A stretch of DNA of 59,411 nt. It comes from Malacoraja senta (Eukaryota). The DNA is taken from assembly GCA_038087875.1 (NCBI GenBank), contig JAXLNO010000189.1, positions 62,001-121,411 of the forward strand. The letters are read 5' to 3'. The notes under the pieces were generated by a model. The model was not told the DNA's origin and ran no database searches. It saw only the letters and a list, made by a program, of their open reading frames with translations. Shown here piece after piece: positions 13,216-25,241 of this stretch (positions within the stretch are counted from its first letter, which is position 1; every line of letters starts with the position of its first letter). Position numbers and translations under genes: made by a program.

Positions 13216-13464
13216 AAGTTGTGTGGGCCTTCAATGCGAATAGCTGCCTCCTTGAAGCAGTGCTTTGGGGCCACCTTGTGGCCATGGTGGTATCTACATT
13301 GTGCCTTGGGCCATGAAAATACTCAAATCAATCAGAGTTTTCCTTTCCAAAACAATTAATACAGGGAGAGTTCACTCTGAAACATCGTGCCCTGTATTAC
13401 AACAGGATTACTTGATGTAAGGTGCTGGCAGTCTACTCTATTTCATATTGCATGAAATGGATGC

Positions 13465-13660
13465 CCTGGTTTCCTTCCACAGCTCAAAGACATGCGTGTT
13501 TGTCGGTTAATTGCCTGTTATAAATTGCCTCTAGTGTGTAAGGAGTGGTGATAAAGTGGGATAACACAGATCTAGTGTGAACGGTTGAGTGGTGGTCAGC
13601 ATGGACATGGGGGGGGGGGGGTGAAGGGCTTGTTTCCATGCTGTATCTCTGAACTAAAGT
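13465..13660 (+). mobile_element. V-SINE (HE1-like) 3' fragment
   Basis: V-domain-like ggtttccttccacagctcaaagacatgcg...ggttaattg and CR1-type tail. Confidence 0.65.
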
Positions 13661-13779
13661 GCCAAAATGCATTTGTTTTCGACCCTGGTTGCTGGTGTCA
13701 AATCTTCAATTTCAGCCCTGAAATATGAAAGGGTATCATATACCTGAATTTACATGTGAACTGCACACAATGAAGAATC

Positions 13780-14035
13780 TCCATTAGAATGGAGCTGAGG
13801 AGCAATTTCTTTAGCCAGAGGTTGATGAATCTGTGGAATGCATTGCCACTGAATGCTATGGTGGCCAAAACATATGTATTTTCAAAGTGGAGATTGATAG
13901 GTTCTTGATTGGGAAAGGTGTTAAAGCTTACAGGGAGAAGGCAGGAGAATTGAGTTGAGAGCGCAAAATTGATCAGCTGTGATTGAATGGCAGAGCAGAC
14001 TTGATAGGCTGAATGGCATAAATCTGCTCCAAAAG
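13780..14035 (+). mobile_element. CR1 3' fragment
   Basis: gaatctgtggaat...gggagaaggcaggaga...gattgaatggcagagcagac. Confidence 0.8.
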
Positions 14036-14332
14036 TCTAAGAGAGTAGAATCCAGCCAGAACTACCCAGATTGGGTGGCCTAGCTGCCTTACTCACACTC
14101 GTATGTAAATGTGCTCATAATATCCCTTTATTTCCTTTTTAAAACATAATGTAGATGTTTATGATAAGGTAAAATGATGGGGATGAAAACTAGCTCCATG
14201 TAAACATTGCATATTGAAATCCACAAATACGGTGTTGTTCTTGTGTCTTTGCAGTTCCCACCAGGTTCTCCAGATTTGGCCACTGGATCTCAAAAAGAAA
14301 ATAAATATCAATCCTCAAAATAGTTCACTTAC

Positions 14333-14391
14333 GCATATCCTAAAACTTTCACCACGGCATCACTAATCACTTTTCTGTAGGCTTCATTAAG
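14333..14391 (-). CDS. ADGRF5: ADGRF5-like coding exon 6 (SEA: LNEAYRKVISDAVVKVLGY)
   Basis: tttctccag acceptor, gtaagt donor, 59 nt, phase 0 to 2. Confidence 0.9.
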
Positions 14392-14546
14392 CTGGAGAAA
14401 AGGTTAAAAAAGAGATTACAAACATGACATTTTAAACCAGGGTATATTTTTTTAATTGTAGTGAGTCTCATTTTTACTTCTATCTAAGCATAAGTATAAA
14501 AATGAAATATGTTCATCTTAATATTTTAAATTGCCTTCATTTCTAT

Positions 14547-14835
14547 AGTCAGTCAGTCAGTCAGTCAGTCAGTCAGTCAGTCAGTCAGTCAGTCAGTCAG
14601 TCAGTCAGTCAGTCAGTTAGTTAGTTAGTTTATTGGCCAAGTATTCACATACAAGGAATTTGCCTTGGTGCTCAGCCCACAAGTAACAACATGACATACA
14701 GTGACAAATACCAGATCAAATGGAGGCTACAGATTTTTGGCTGTTGAGTAAAGCAAATACTCGTGGAAAAAAATGTTTTTATGTCTGGCTGTGGCAGCTT
14801 TGACAGTCCGGAGTCGTCTTCCAGAGGGAAGTGGC
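14547..14835 (-). mobile_element. Rex1-like LINE 3' end with expanded (CTAA)n(CTGA)n tail (plus strand shows (GTCA)n(GTTA)n at 14547-14630)
   Basis: Reverse strand LPSGRRLR, then AATAAA directly followed by the tetranucleotide array. Confidence 0.7.
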
Positions 14836-15204
14836 TATAAGGTGTTTATTGTTAGATATTTCCATATATATTTAGTATTTACATTTTAGTATTTCCAGGC
14901 AATTTCCTAAAATGCAAGCAATGAAAGAAATTGTGTTTTGAAAGTCTGAGTAAAAGACTAGATTGTACTAAATAAGTCCAATAATTGAGGGGAGAACGCA
15001 AGCTAGATGGAGCTAATTTAACATCAAATCGGCTCAGAAAGGGAAATAAAGATGGGGGAGCATAGATTGAGATGACGAGACAGAAAAGAAAGGTTAAAAT
15101 AAAGTAAATGTACAATTTTGTCATGTACATAATGTAACACTCCAACAATTAAACCTGAATGCACTGCTCCAACAACTAAGCTCCTCACTCTAATGGTTAA
15201 TTTT

Positions 15205-15730
15205 CAGTCCCAGTTTGGCAGCTGAGGAAATTCAGAGTCTCTCTGAGGATCCTTCAATCCTTCTATTCTGGTGCAGTAGAAAGTATCCTGACCCCGAAAC
15301 ATCTCGATCTGGTTTGGCAACAGCTCTGCCCAGGACAGCAAGGCTCTGCAGAGAGTAGTGCGTTCGGCCGAATGCACCATGGGAACTACAGTCCCCCCCC
15401 TACAGGACCTACACAGCAGGAGGCGCAGATCCAGAGCCAGCAAGATCATCAAGGACCCCAGCAACGGGCTGTTCCAGCTGCTACAGTCAGGTAAGCGCCT
15501 CCGCTGTCACGCTGCGAGAACAGAGAGGATGAGACGGAGTTTCTTCCCATAGGCCATCAGGACTGTAAACTCTGATCTCACCAGAGAGTAATTACTGTTG
15601 TGTCTCTTTTCTAAATGTAAATACTGGCTCTGTTCTGTTCTGCTGTTTTGCACAATCCCGCAGGCATTACCATTTTAATTTCACTGTACATCTTGTATGT
15701 GTATGAGACAAATAAAGATGACTTGACTTT
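15205..15730 (+). mobile_element. Rex1/Babar LINE 3' fragment
   Basis: QLRKFRVS...ESIL...KALQRVVRSAE...IIKDP...SGKRLR...RRSFFP; AATAAA and (GACTT)n tail. Confidence 0.85.
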
Positions 15731-15769
15731 GAGCCGTCACTTAATCTGAAATGGACAAGAATTACACTG

Positions 15770-15925
15770 AAAGAAAGACGCAAAGTGCTGGAGTAACTCA
15801 GTTGGTTAGGGCAGCATAAGGGGTCCTGACCCAAAACGTCACCTATCCATGTTCTCCAGAGATGCTGCTAGTTAATCTGGTATTTTATACCTTTTTTTTG
15901 CAAACCAGCATCTGCGGTTCCATGT
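15770..15925. mobile_element. Penelope-like terminal repeat remnant (inverted pair)
   Basis: gtgctggagtaactcag...gacccaaaacgtcacctatcc...gagatgctgc; same family as 16514, 28735, 37200, 55110. Confidence 0.65.
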
Positions 15926-16191
15926 GCCTTCAAGGAGTACACTGTCAGCACTCAATTTAATTCAACTTAGTTTCAGATGTTATACCTTTCAATGCATTTC
16001 ACCGATGAGGTAGATAATGAGTCAGTGATTTTGTAAGGTTACCTGAGCAGTGCATCTTAGACAGCAGCCTCATTTTAACAATGAATCTGAAACTTACTTA
16101 AAATTGCTGTATCATCATAGAAACGGCATTAGACCTGCTGTTATTTTGTCCACAAAATCTGGGCACATTATGCATCTCACACACTTATTTG

Positions 16192-18073
16192 TAAAGCCAG
16201 GATTTTGCCATAAAAGCCATGTGCCTTTTCATGCCTTTTTTGATGATTTCACCAGGATAATGCCTTTTTCATGATTGAGTGCCTACATCAGCCTTTTTTT
16301 GCCATTTTGCTAATAGTTCGTGCTATTTTCTCTCGTTGTACCGTGATTACAATGTCGTTTTCTATGTTAACACGTTAATATTAATGTTATTATTAACGTG
16401 TTAACATAGTATAACTTACAAGAAAACTTCCACCACCAGGGCGAAACCGGGGGCGCCACCATTCATTCGTTCATGCCGCTGCCCGCTAGATCAGTCTTCT
16501 CCAAGATCTATTTAAGAAAGAACTGCAGATGCTGGAAAAATCGAAGGTAGACAATAATGCTGGAGAAACTCAGTGGGTGAGGCAGCATCTATGGAGAGAA
16601 GGAATAGGCGACGTTTCGGGTTGAGACCCTTCTTCGGTCTGATTTGGGGGGGCGGGGGAAAAAAGAAAGAGGCGGAGACAGTAGGACTAGAAGGAGAGCT
16701 GGGAAGGGGAGGGGGAGGAGGGAGAAGAAAAGGGCTATCTAAAATTAGAGGTCAATGTATAGACTAGCTTGTGGAAATTGGAAAACAAATCTCTCAGAGT
16801 TTTTTTTAGAGAAATATACAGAGGAACCTATACCAAGCGAGTCATCATTACAGAAAAACTATGTTGACAGCAACTTCAACATTGTTGTGCAGAAAATTAG
16901 AGATAAAGTTGCATGCAACAAAATATGGATCTCAATAGATGAGACAACTGATGCTGTGGGGAGTTATGTTGCCAATGTGGTCATCGGTACACTGGAGGCA
17001 GGTCAACCATCAAAGGAGTTGACATCGGAAGTATTGGAGAAGTCAAACAGCTCAACTATTGCTCAGTTGTTTACATCTTCACTTGCTGTACTTTGGCCAG
17101 AAGGTATAAAACACGAGAATGTTCTTCTGTTTTTGACTTAAAGTTTTATTCCCCAAAATGTTGCATTTGACATGCTTAGCTCAACGACTTCATAGAATTG
17201 CCAAGCACATACGTAGCTTGTTACAAATGTCGATCGCCTAGATTCCAATGTCAAGAAAATCATCCTCAAAGCACCATCACGTGTGCAGTTGTTCAAGGAA
17301 ATGGCACTCGAGATTCCGCTAACTGCTCAGCCCGTTTTGACATGGTGGGGCACATGGCTCTCTGCTGTACTCTACTATGCTACAAATTTTGAAAAGATAA
17401 AAGAAATCATCAACTGTTTTTGAAGAAGAAGAATCTGCTGCAGTCAGGATCGTGCAGAAAAAGTCCCTCCACTGCGATCTTGTGTTTATTGCTTCCAATT
17501 TTGCAAACTTCCCACAAGCTATCACTTCCCTTGAGAAACGTGGCAAAACATTAGTGAATAACTTGCAGGTTTTCAACAAAGTAACTGACGATACTCGCAA
17601 AGTTCCTGGCGATGTAGGTAAAGACATAAAAGGAAAATGTGAGAGAGTGATTTTAGCTAACAAAGATCTTGAAGAAATAGAAAACATAGCTAAAGTTCTC
17701 AAGGGTAGTTGTAATGCACAAGATAACAACATGAATATAGAGTCTGCAGCTTGTTTCGGGTATACACCAGTGACCTCAGCTGAGGTAGAAATAAGTTTCT
17801 CACAACTGAAGCATATTCTGTCTGACAGACGGCATAGTTTAACAAAAGATAATTTGGAAAGAAATGCTAGTAATTGTGTGCAACCAGGCAACTTTGGTCA
17901 TTTAATGTAGAATACCTTTAGATTATCATTTTTAACCATATTTTGGTGGTGGAAATAAATGCATTCTGCCTTTTTTGTCAATAAATGCCTTTTTCGTGCC
18001 TTTTTTGTAATTTTATTATGCCTTTTTGCCTGCCTAGTTCAGAGTTTTTTAGTGCCTAAACATACTGGCTCTA
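16192..18073 (+). mobile_element. hAT DNA transposon, CGGBP1/DUF659-like transposase, defective
   Basis: 8-bp TSD cttatttg (16184-16191 / 18074-18081); TIR TA(A/G)AGCCAG; IWISIDETTD, HLTCLA, TWWGTW, PVTSAEVEISFSQLKHILSDRRHSL; subterminal tgcctttt repeats. Confidence 0.9.
16514..16765 (-). mobile_element. Penelope-like terminal fragment nested in the hAT
   Basis: Reverse strand ccgaagaagggtctcaacccgaaacgtcgcc...ccatagatgctgcctcaccc. Confidence 0.75.
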
Positions 18074-18179
18074 CTTATTTGTGTTCTTATTTGTCGCTGG
18101 AAATAATATTTTTAGGATTATTATTCTAATGCTGTCTTGCACATTGTCTTTAATGCACAGCAGTACATTTCTACTAGAG

Positions 18180-18530
18180 TCAGAGAGTCATAGTGTGGAA
18201 ACAGGCTCACACCAACCAACACGTCCCATCTGCACAAGACTCACTTGCCTGCAGTTGGCCCATATCCCACTAAACCTGTCCTATCCATGTACCAGTCTAA
18301 TTGTTTCTTGAATGTTGTGGTAGTCCCTGTCTCTACTACCTTCTCCGGCAGCTTGTTCCATACACAAACCACCCTTTGTGTGAAAACGTTACCCCTCAAG
18401 TTCCTATAAACTCTTTCCCCCTTCACCTTACATCTATTCCCTCTGGTTCTTGATTCCCTACTCTGGGCAAGATGCTCTGTGCATTTACCCAATCCTTTCC
18501 TCTTTTGATTTTATCACCCTTCATCCTCCT
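18180..18530 (-). mobile_element. CR1 3' fragment
   Basis: ESRTRGN, FTQRVVCVWNKLPEKVV. Confidence 0.85.
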
Positions 18531-20046
18531 ACTATTTCTGAACCTTCACCCTGTTGCACTTTAATGAACTCTTGAGGAAAAAGTGTAAACGATCCAATGA
18601 TTCATACATTTTAAGTAATTTTTTGAGTTAAGGACATCACTTGGTCTCACAAATACAAATTCTGAGAGTAAGATAATGGGCAGGTAGGGTTCACTTTTGA
18701 AGAAACAAACTCTGGTTGCTGAACTATCACCTAGAGTTGTGAGGAAAACGAAAAGGCGATTAAACACAGATGTTTGAAACATCTGTGAAACAGATCCGTA
18801 TAGTTCTCACAATGAATTAATGCTATAAAAATAATACATTGAATAACTGAGATTGCAACACAGAAACAAACATTATAGAATGGATTTTCTACCATGATAC
18901 GTTCAGCCATGACAAGACTTAGATTCAGAGTGAAGTATGGTCTTAAGTGTGGCTCAAATTGGACAGGACACTCATGACAGAATCAAAGAGAAAACATATC
19001 AGAAGCAGATATTACCAACACCTGAGCAGCAAAAAGGACAATGCAATTATGCCATGTGTTAAGTCAGGTTCATTTTAAAGTTTAAATTCTGATTCATTCG
19101 TTAAAAGTGTAATATTGTTGTATTAATACATTACAAAAAATCTCTTGCATCAGAAGTATCCCTGTTAATTACTTCCTGTTACAATTTCAATATTCAAAAT
19201 TGGTCAATCATGGAAAAAACAAACTAGAAATAAGGTCAATATTCAGCAGGTTAAGCAGAAGCTTTGAAGTTAGAAACATTAATTCAGTTTCACTCTTTAC
19301 ACACTCATTCTTCTAGTTTTCTAAGTATTTTGGGGATTTTCTGCTTTTATTTAAGACTTCTCGCAACTTCAGTATTTTGCTTTAGGACGACCATATGGAA
19401 ACTCATACAAGAGGAAAATAATGGCCAAAATTTCTGGATTTTCCCCAGCCACTCTGCAGAGGTTTAAGACTCGAGTATCCGCAGGTGTAAATGTGCACTT
19501 TCTAAATTTCTGCACACCTATGTACTGTCTCACTGCCTTCAATACTGAACTGCTCACGGTAGTCCTATAGGCAAACGTCCATAATTTCCAACTCTATGTT
19601 GGGGAATCTGTCCAGTGAAGCTGTAACGGTTTGCCCAGTTTGCACTGTTCCTATTAAGAACAACTTTGGTAGGTTGGAAATCAGTAATGGAGGCAATAAA
19701 TATTTAAGAGAAAATCTCAGGTTAATTCACATTCAGTTATACATCACTGTTGGATGAAATTATGTTCTCTTTATGCTTTTCCGACATTTGCACACATTAA
19801 CTAAAATCACTCTTCCCAAAAGTTAATGGCAAAACAATTTATTTAAAAATAAAGTAAAATTTGCATCTGAGAGTACCAAAATTACATATTTTAATATCTT
19901 TATTAAAGCTTTTGCTTTAGGATGTCAGTCTTACCCTCCGACAGAAATTATTTTCTACAAACCTAAAGAACAAGACTTTGCATCAGCACCTCAAAGTTTA
20001 ACAAAATACTGTTTAAGTTTGCAATGTTATTTGTTCAGTTACATAC

Positions 20047-20153
20047 CAATGCAGTGAATTCATTTGTAAGGTTTTGATACAATTCTGAGGAAGAATCTTT
20101 CAGTTCAGCAGTGTAGTTCAGAGATGTAATTCTCAATCCAAAGTTCCTCCTAT
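20047..20153 (-). CDS. ADGRF5: ADGRF5-like coding exon 5 (SEA N-terminal part: RRNFGLRITSLNYTAELKDSSSELYQNLTNEFTAL)
   Basis: tcttttacag acceptor, gtatgt donor, 107 nt, phase 1 to 0; typical SEA motif YTAEL.D.SS.LY. Confidence 0.9.
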
Positions 20154-20175
20154 CTGTAAAAGATACACATGATTA

Positions 20176-22928
20176 TGTTAATCCTGGCTAAATTGGACCA
20201 GTCAGGACTTCAAAATGGGGTTACGTTTCAGGGCTTGCTGGGAGATTTGGTCAAATTGGGATTGCTCTCTGCAGAGCTGGGACAGGCTGCGAGGGGCGCC
20301 AGAGAGTCTGGAACTTAGATACAATTTGCAAGCAAAGAATAGGAAGCCTTGCAAGCCTTGTTAATCTGGTACTAAATGCATAGAATGGATTGGGTGGCTG
20401 CAAACATAGAAACATAGAAACATAGAAAATAGGTGCAGGAGTAGGCCATTCGGCCCTTCGAGCCTGCACCGTCATTCAATATGATCATGGCTGATCATCT
20501 AACTCAGTATCCTGTACCTGCTTTCTCTCCATACCCCCTGACCCCTTTAGCCACAAGGGCCACATCTAACTCCCTCTTAAAAATAGCCAATGAACTGGCC
20601 TCAACTACATTCTGTGGCAGAGAATTCCAGAGATTCACCACTCTCTGTGTAAAAAATATTTTTCTCATCTCAGTCCTAAAAGATTTTCCCTTTATCCTTA
20701 AACTGTGACCCCCTTGTTCTGGACTTCCCCAACACCGGGAACAATCTTCCTGCATCTAGCCTGTCCAACCCCTTAAGAATTTTGTAAGTTTCTATAAGAT
20801 ACCCCCTCAATCTTCTAAATTCTAGCGAGTACAAGCCAAGTCTTTCCAGTCTTTCTTCATATGAAAGTCCTGACATCCCAGGAATCAATCTGGTGAACCT
20901 TCTCTGTACTCCCTCTATGGCAAGAATGTCCTTCCTCAGATTAGGAGACCAAAACTGTACGCAATACTCCAGGTGTGGTCTCACCAAGACCCTGCACAAC
21001 TGCAGTAGAACCTCCCTGCTCCTATACTCAAATACTTTTGCTATGAATGCTAACATACCATTCGCTTTCTTCACTGCCTGCTGCACCTGCATGCCTACTT
21101 TCAATGACTGGTGTACCATGACACCCAGGTCTCGTTGCATCTCCCCTTTTCCTAATCGGCCACCATTCAGGTAATAGTCTACTTTCCTGTTTTTGCCACC
21201 AAAGTGGATAACCTCACATTTATCCACATTATACTGCATCTACCATGCATTTGCCCACTCACCCAGCCTATCCAAGTCATCTTGCAGCCTAATCATTAAT
21301 GCATCCACTATTTCTGGGGCTACTTCCTTAAGTACTCTGGTATGCAGCCTATCTGGCCCTGGGGATTTATCGGCCTTTAATCCATTCAATTTACCTAAAA
21401 CCACTTCCCGGCTAACCTGGATTTCACTCAGTTCCTTCATCTCATTTGACCCCCCGTCCCCTGCTATTTCCGGCAGATTAAGTAAGTCTTCCTTAGTGAA
21501 GACAGAACCAAAGTAGTTATTCAATTGGTCTGCCATGTCCTTGTTCCCCATGATCAATTCACCTGTTTCTGACTGCAAGGGACCTACATTTGTTTTAACT
21601 AATCTTTTTCTCTTCACATATCTATAAAAACTTTTGCAGTCAGTTTTTATGTTCCCTGCCAGTTTTCTTTCATAATCTGTTTTCCCTTTCCTAATTAAGC
21701 CCTTTGTCCTCCTCTGCTGGTCTCTGAATTTCTCCCAGTACTCTGGTAGGCTGCTTTTTCTGGCTAATTTGTATGCTTCATCTTTTGTTTTGATACTATC
21801 CCTGATTTCTCTTGTTATCCACGGATGCACTACCTTCCCTGATTTATACTTTTGCCAAACTGGGATGAACAATTGTTGTAGTTCATCCATGCAGCCTTTA
21901 AGTGCCTTCCATTGCATATCCACCGTCAACCCCTTAAGAATCAATTGCCAATCTTGGCCAATTCACGTCTCATACCCTCAAAGTTACCTTTCTTTAAGTT
22001 CAGAAACCTTGTTTCTGAATTAATTATGTCACTCTCAATCCAAATGAAGAACTCAACCATATTATGGTCAAGGCCTCTTGCCCAAGGGGCCACGCACAAC
22101 AAGACTGCTAACTAACCCTTCCTTATTACTCAATACCCAGTGTAGAATAGCCTGCTCTCTCGTTGGTTCCTCTACATGTTGATTTAGAGAACTATCCCGC
22201 ATACATTCCAAGACATCCTCTTCCTCAGCACCCCTGCCAATTTGATTCACCCAATCTATATGTAGATTGAAGTCACCCATTATAACTGTTTTACCTTTGT
22301 TGCACGCATTTCTAATTTCCTGTTTGATGCCATCCCCAACTGCACTATTGCTGTTAGGTGGCCTGTACACAACTCCCACTCCCACAAACCTGACATACAC
22401 TTTGTAAATAGCTTGTAAATAATGTTGCAGAATCTGACTGCTGAATTTTGATTGGATGGGGTGTTAAGCCTTGTCTGAGAGTGCTGTTAATCAGGGTAAA
22501 TGTTTCCAAGTTGACTTCAACTCGAAGTCCATTGTGAATACAATGTATTGCACTGTTGTATCATTGGGATAGGGAAATGTCTGTTTTGTATGGGGTTAAT
22601 CGATATTTGTAATTGGGTAATTAAGAGACAACCCCCATGTGGTTCGGCGTTCAGGTTTGCGGGGCATATAAAAGGCCATGATCACGAGGCTCAGGGTCGA
22701 CCTTCTGGAAGAGCGCTCAGGACCGCGTACCCTTCTGGAGTGCATCTGTCTGTGCGAGGCCTAGAGGGCTTGAAAAGATAGACGCAGGGATCAAACCCTC
22801 GGTGGGATAGGTACAGTGTGTGATCTGTGACGCGGTTTTGGTAAAATAAAATTTAGTTGTTTCAAGTGCTTGATTCAGTGTTTTTACTGAAACTACACTG
22901 GGGGAAGCTTAGAAACAAGCAATTGTCA
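20176..22928 (+). repeat. ERV 5' LTR (20176-20405 + 22390-22928 = 769 bp), split by CR1
   Basis: Direct repeat of 30725-31493; TATA-like catataaaa near 22665, AATAAA near 22845. Confidence 0.95.
20406..22384 (-). mobile_element. CR1 LINE in the 5' LTR, RT core deleted at about 21290
   Basis: TSD caaac (20401-20405 / 22385-22389); VYRPPNS, MGDFN, KSPGPD, HLEYCVQFWSP; (TTTCTATG)n tail. Confidence 0.95.
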
Positions 22929-22929
22929 T

Positions 22930-22947
22930 TGGGGGCTCGTCCGGCAT
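22930..22947 (+). promoter_or_regulatory. Primer binding site, tRNA-Pro
   Basis: TGGGGGCTCGTCCGGCAT directly after the LTR; 17/18 match to the tRNA-Pro PBS TGGGGGCTCGTCCGGGAT. Confidence 0.92.
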
Positions 22948-24860
22948 CTCAAAAGACCCCCAAACACATGTTTGCGGTCAAGGGCGTGGAGCTGTTTTGA
23001 TCGCGGGTGCAGAAATCAGCGCCATTGTGCGATTTGCGCACTCATTCTCGGCACCTCGTGAGTCGGAGCGGATCGATCTTTTGCAGGCTTGGGAAAGGAT
23101 CTAAACAAGATCATTAGAACAGAGTCTAGCAAGCACGGGGGAGTGATTAGCACACCTTTGCGTTGGAGGCCCAAAAAAACAGGCTGGGGTTAGAGGCCTA
23201 AATTGGTCGTAGTTGGGCAGACTGCAGCTGCCTTTAACGAGAACCTAGCGTGCATCATCGGGTGTGGGTGTCCCAAGGGTAAACCTGGTATCCGAATTAG
23301 GTGGGATATTAAAGACAGGTTCTATCATCGATCGCTGCCGGGAGTGTGAATTGGAAAGCTGCACTTTGAAAAAGGGCATCAATAATTCACAGCGCGAAGC
23401 GGCAAGGCGCTGGATCCTCGGTACATTAGCAGAGCAGTGTGTCTGTGTGAAAGTGTCTGAGTCCTGTTCGATGGACGAAGAGCTTTGAGACTGTACCGGG
23501 CTTGAATAAACTGGGTATAGATTGGCCGGAATACTCTAGTTTGTACAAGGAAATTCAAATTGGACAATTCAGCTTATTCGAGAGCCCGCGTAGTAATAAA
23601 ATACGCATTTAAATTTTAGGAGTTCTAGATCGAGTGTTCCAAATTTGCAGCGAAATTTCCAAATACTGGACTTCATATTGAGGTTCTGCATAAGGTTGGA
23701 TTTGAATCCCTGTATATAGGACTGAAGTTGGTGCGTGTCCATGATTGATTCCGAATAGCGGCTGATCCGCAGTGAGTAGTAACCCTCTGATTGATTGTGG
23801 CTTAGTACCTGATAGCAAAGAGTACCCGAGAGACGGGAATCTCCCCACTTGGGGAAAAGTAACCCGAAGAGTGAAGGGTACTAATTCTGTTGAACTTAGA
23901 GAGGAGGGATAGAGGTCCCCCTATAGAAGTCCAGTCTTAGCAGAGGGATAGTAGCATTCGGGAGGAAGAGTAATCATTTTAGGAGATAGTACCCCTTGTC
24001 GAAGAGTAACCTAGAAGGGAAAATCTTCAGAATCAGGGGAAGAGGCTCACTGTGTGATACCAGCATGACGCGGCGTCCTGATCGAGTGTTCGTGAATTGT
24101 GCGCTAGTGCTTTAGATAATTTTGTAAATTGTAAAAATAGCTTTCTGTATTGTTATCCAGATTTTGTAAATATTTCTGTCTGTAAATAAATATTAGAGTA
24201 ATTAGAAGTTAAGATTTAAAACTTGTCTAATAGTCCGCGGACCGTCATTGTATTACTGCTTATGTGAATGTTTACACGTTGAATTTAAAACTTGAAGCGA
24301 GAGCGTGTTTAATTTATAGTTGCAGTGTTTAATTTCGATATACGTATTCAGTTAAGATTGTTCTGGAAATCCGAATTGGGGTGGTTTGATCAGGGGCTGT
24401 ACTCCTTTGATCACTGCGTCGAGGGGAGGAGTCATCTCGCTGATTGATTGCGCCACAAGGAGGGCTGATTAAAGTGGGGTTTACTGTATGATTATAGTTT
24501 ATATCGGGGTGTGTTTTGAGTTACTGATAATCGGAGGAATATTATCATTTTTCATTTTTGATTATAGTCTTGTGACGTGGGTTGAGTTTATTTGCTTGTA
24601 AATTTAGGTTACTTAAAAAGCTGCGAGTGGGAGTTTTATAATTATCAAAGTGACTTTGAGTCCTGAAAAGTGCTATATAAATAAAATATATTATTATTAT
24701 TATTATTATTAATTTGAATATAAAATTTGAAAGCAGCGATTGTGATCCGACCGATAAGAGAGTTGGGAGGTTGAATAATTAAATAGGACTGGAAAATAGT
24801 CTGGAGGAGGTGTTAATTGTAAGATCTATTGTGAGAAGAAGATTCCATTGACCTTGGAGT

Positions 24861-25240
24861 CTGGGAAATGAAGCGAGAGGAAGAGGTGTTAGTCTTTTGG
24901 AATCTTTATTTCACAAGTTGAGTTTTGTCCATTGTTCGGAGATGCCGAATGTCTTTGAGAAGGATCGATCAAATAGATTGGACAGTCCGATAAGCATAAC
25001 TTGCGAAGAGCTTCCACACGAAGCCGAGAGATTGAGGAGATTATCGGGGAAATTGAATACACTTTTAAAAGACAGGATTTGGCCGGTGGGAGGAGTAAAA
25101 TCTTTGATAAGAATAAACTATGTAGAAGGAATCATTAGAGATTATGGGAATAGTGAAGAAGCAAACGAGTTAATTCAGATGTGGAAAGAATTCTTCACTA
25201 GCAGGAAAATAAACAAAGACACTGTTTTGCTATACACCTT
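24861..25240 (+). pseudogene. ERV gag N-terminal (matrix-like) remnant
   Basis: Open frame (L)GNEARG...IWPVGG...IQMWKE at the expected position after the leader; assignment rests on position and the WP.GG motif. Confidence 0.55.
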
Positions 25241-25241
25241 C

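Noticed and set aside
18561..18790. ORF preceded by an acceptor-like tttcacag as an extra host exon
   Set aside because: No convincing donor or domain similarity; flanking SEA exons join in phase without it.
21280..21300. CR1 internal deletions (also about 10870) as spliced retrocopies
   Set aside because: At 21290 the junction does not fit GT-AG relative to the intact copy at 50713-53417; ordinary deletions are more likely.
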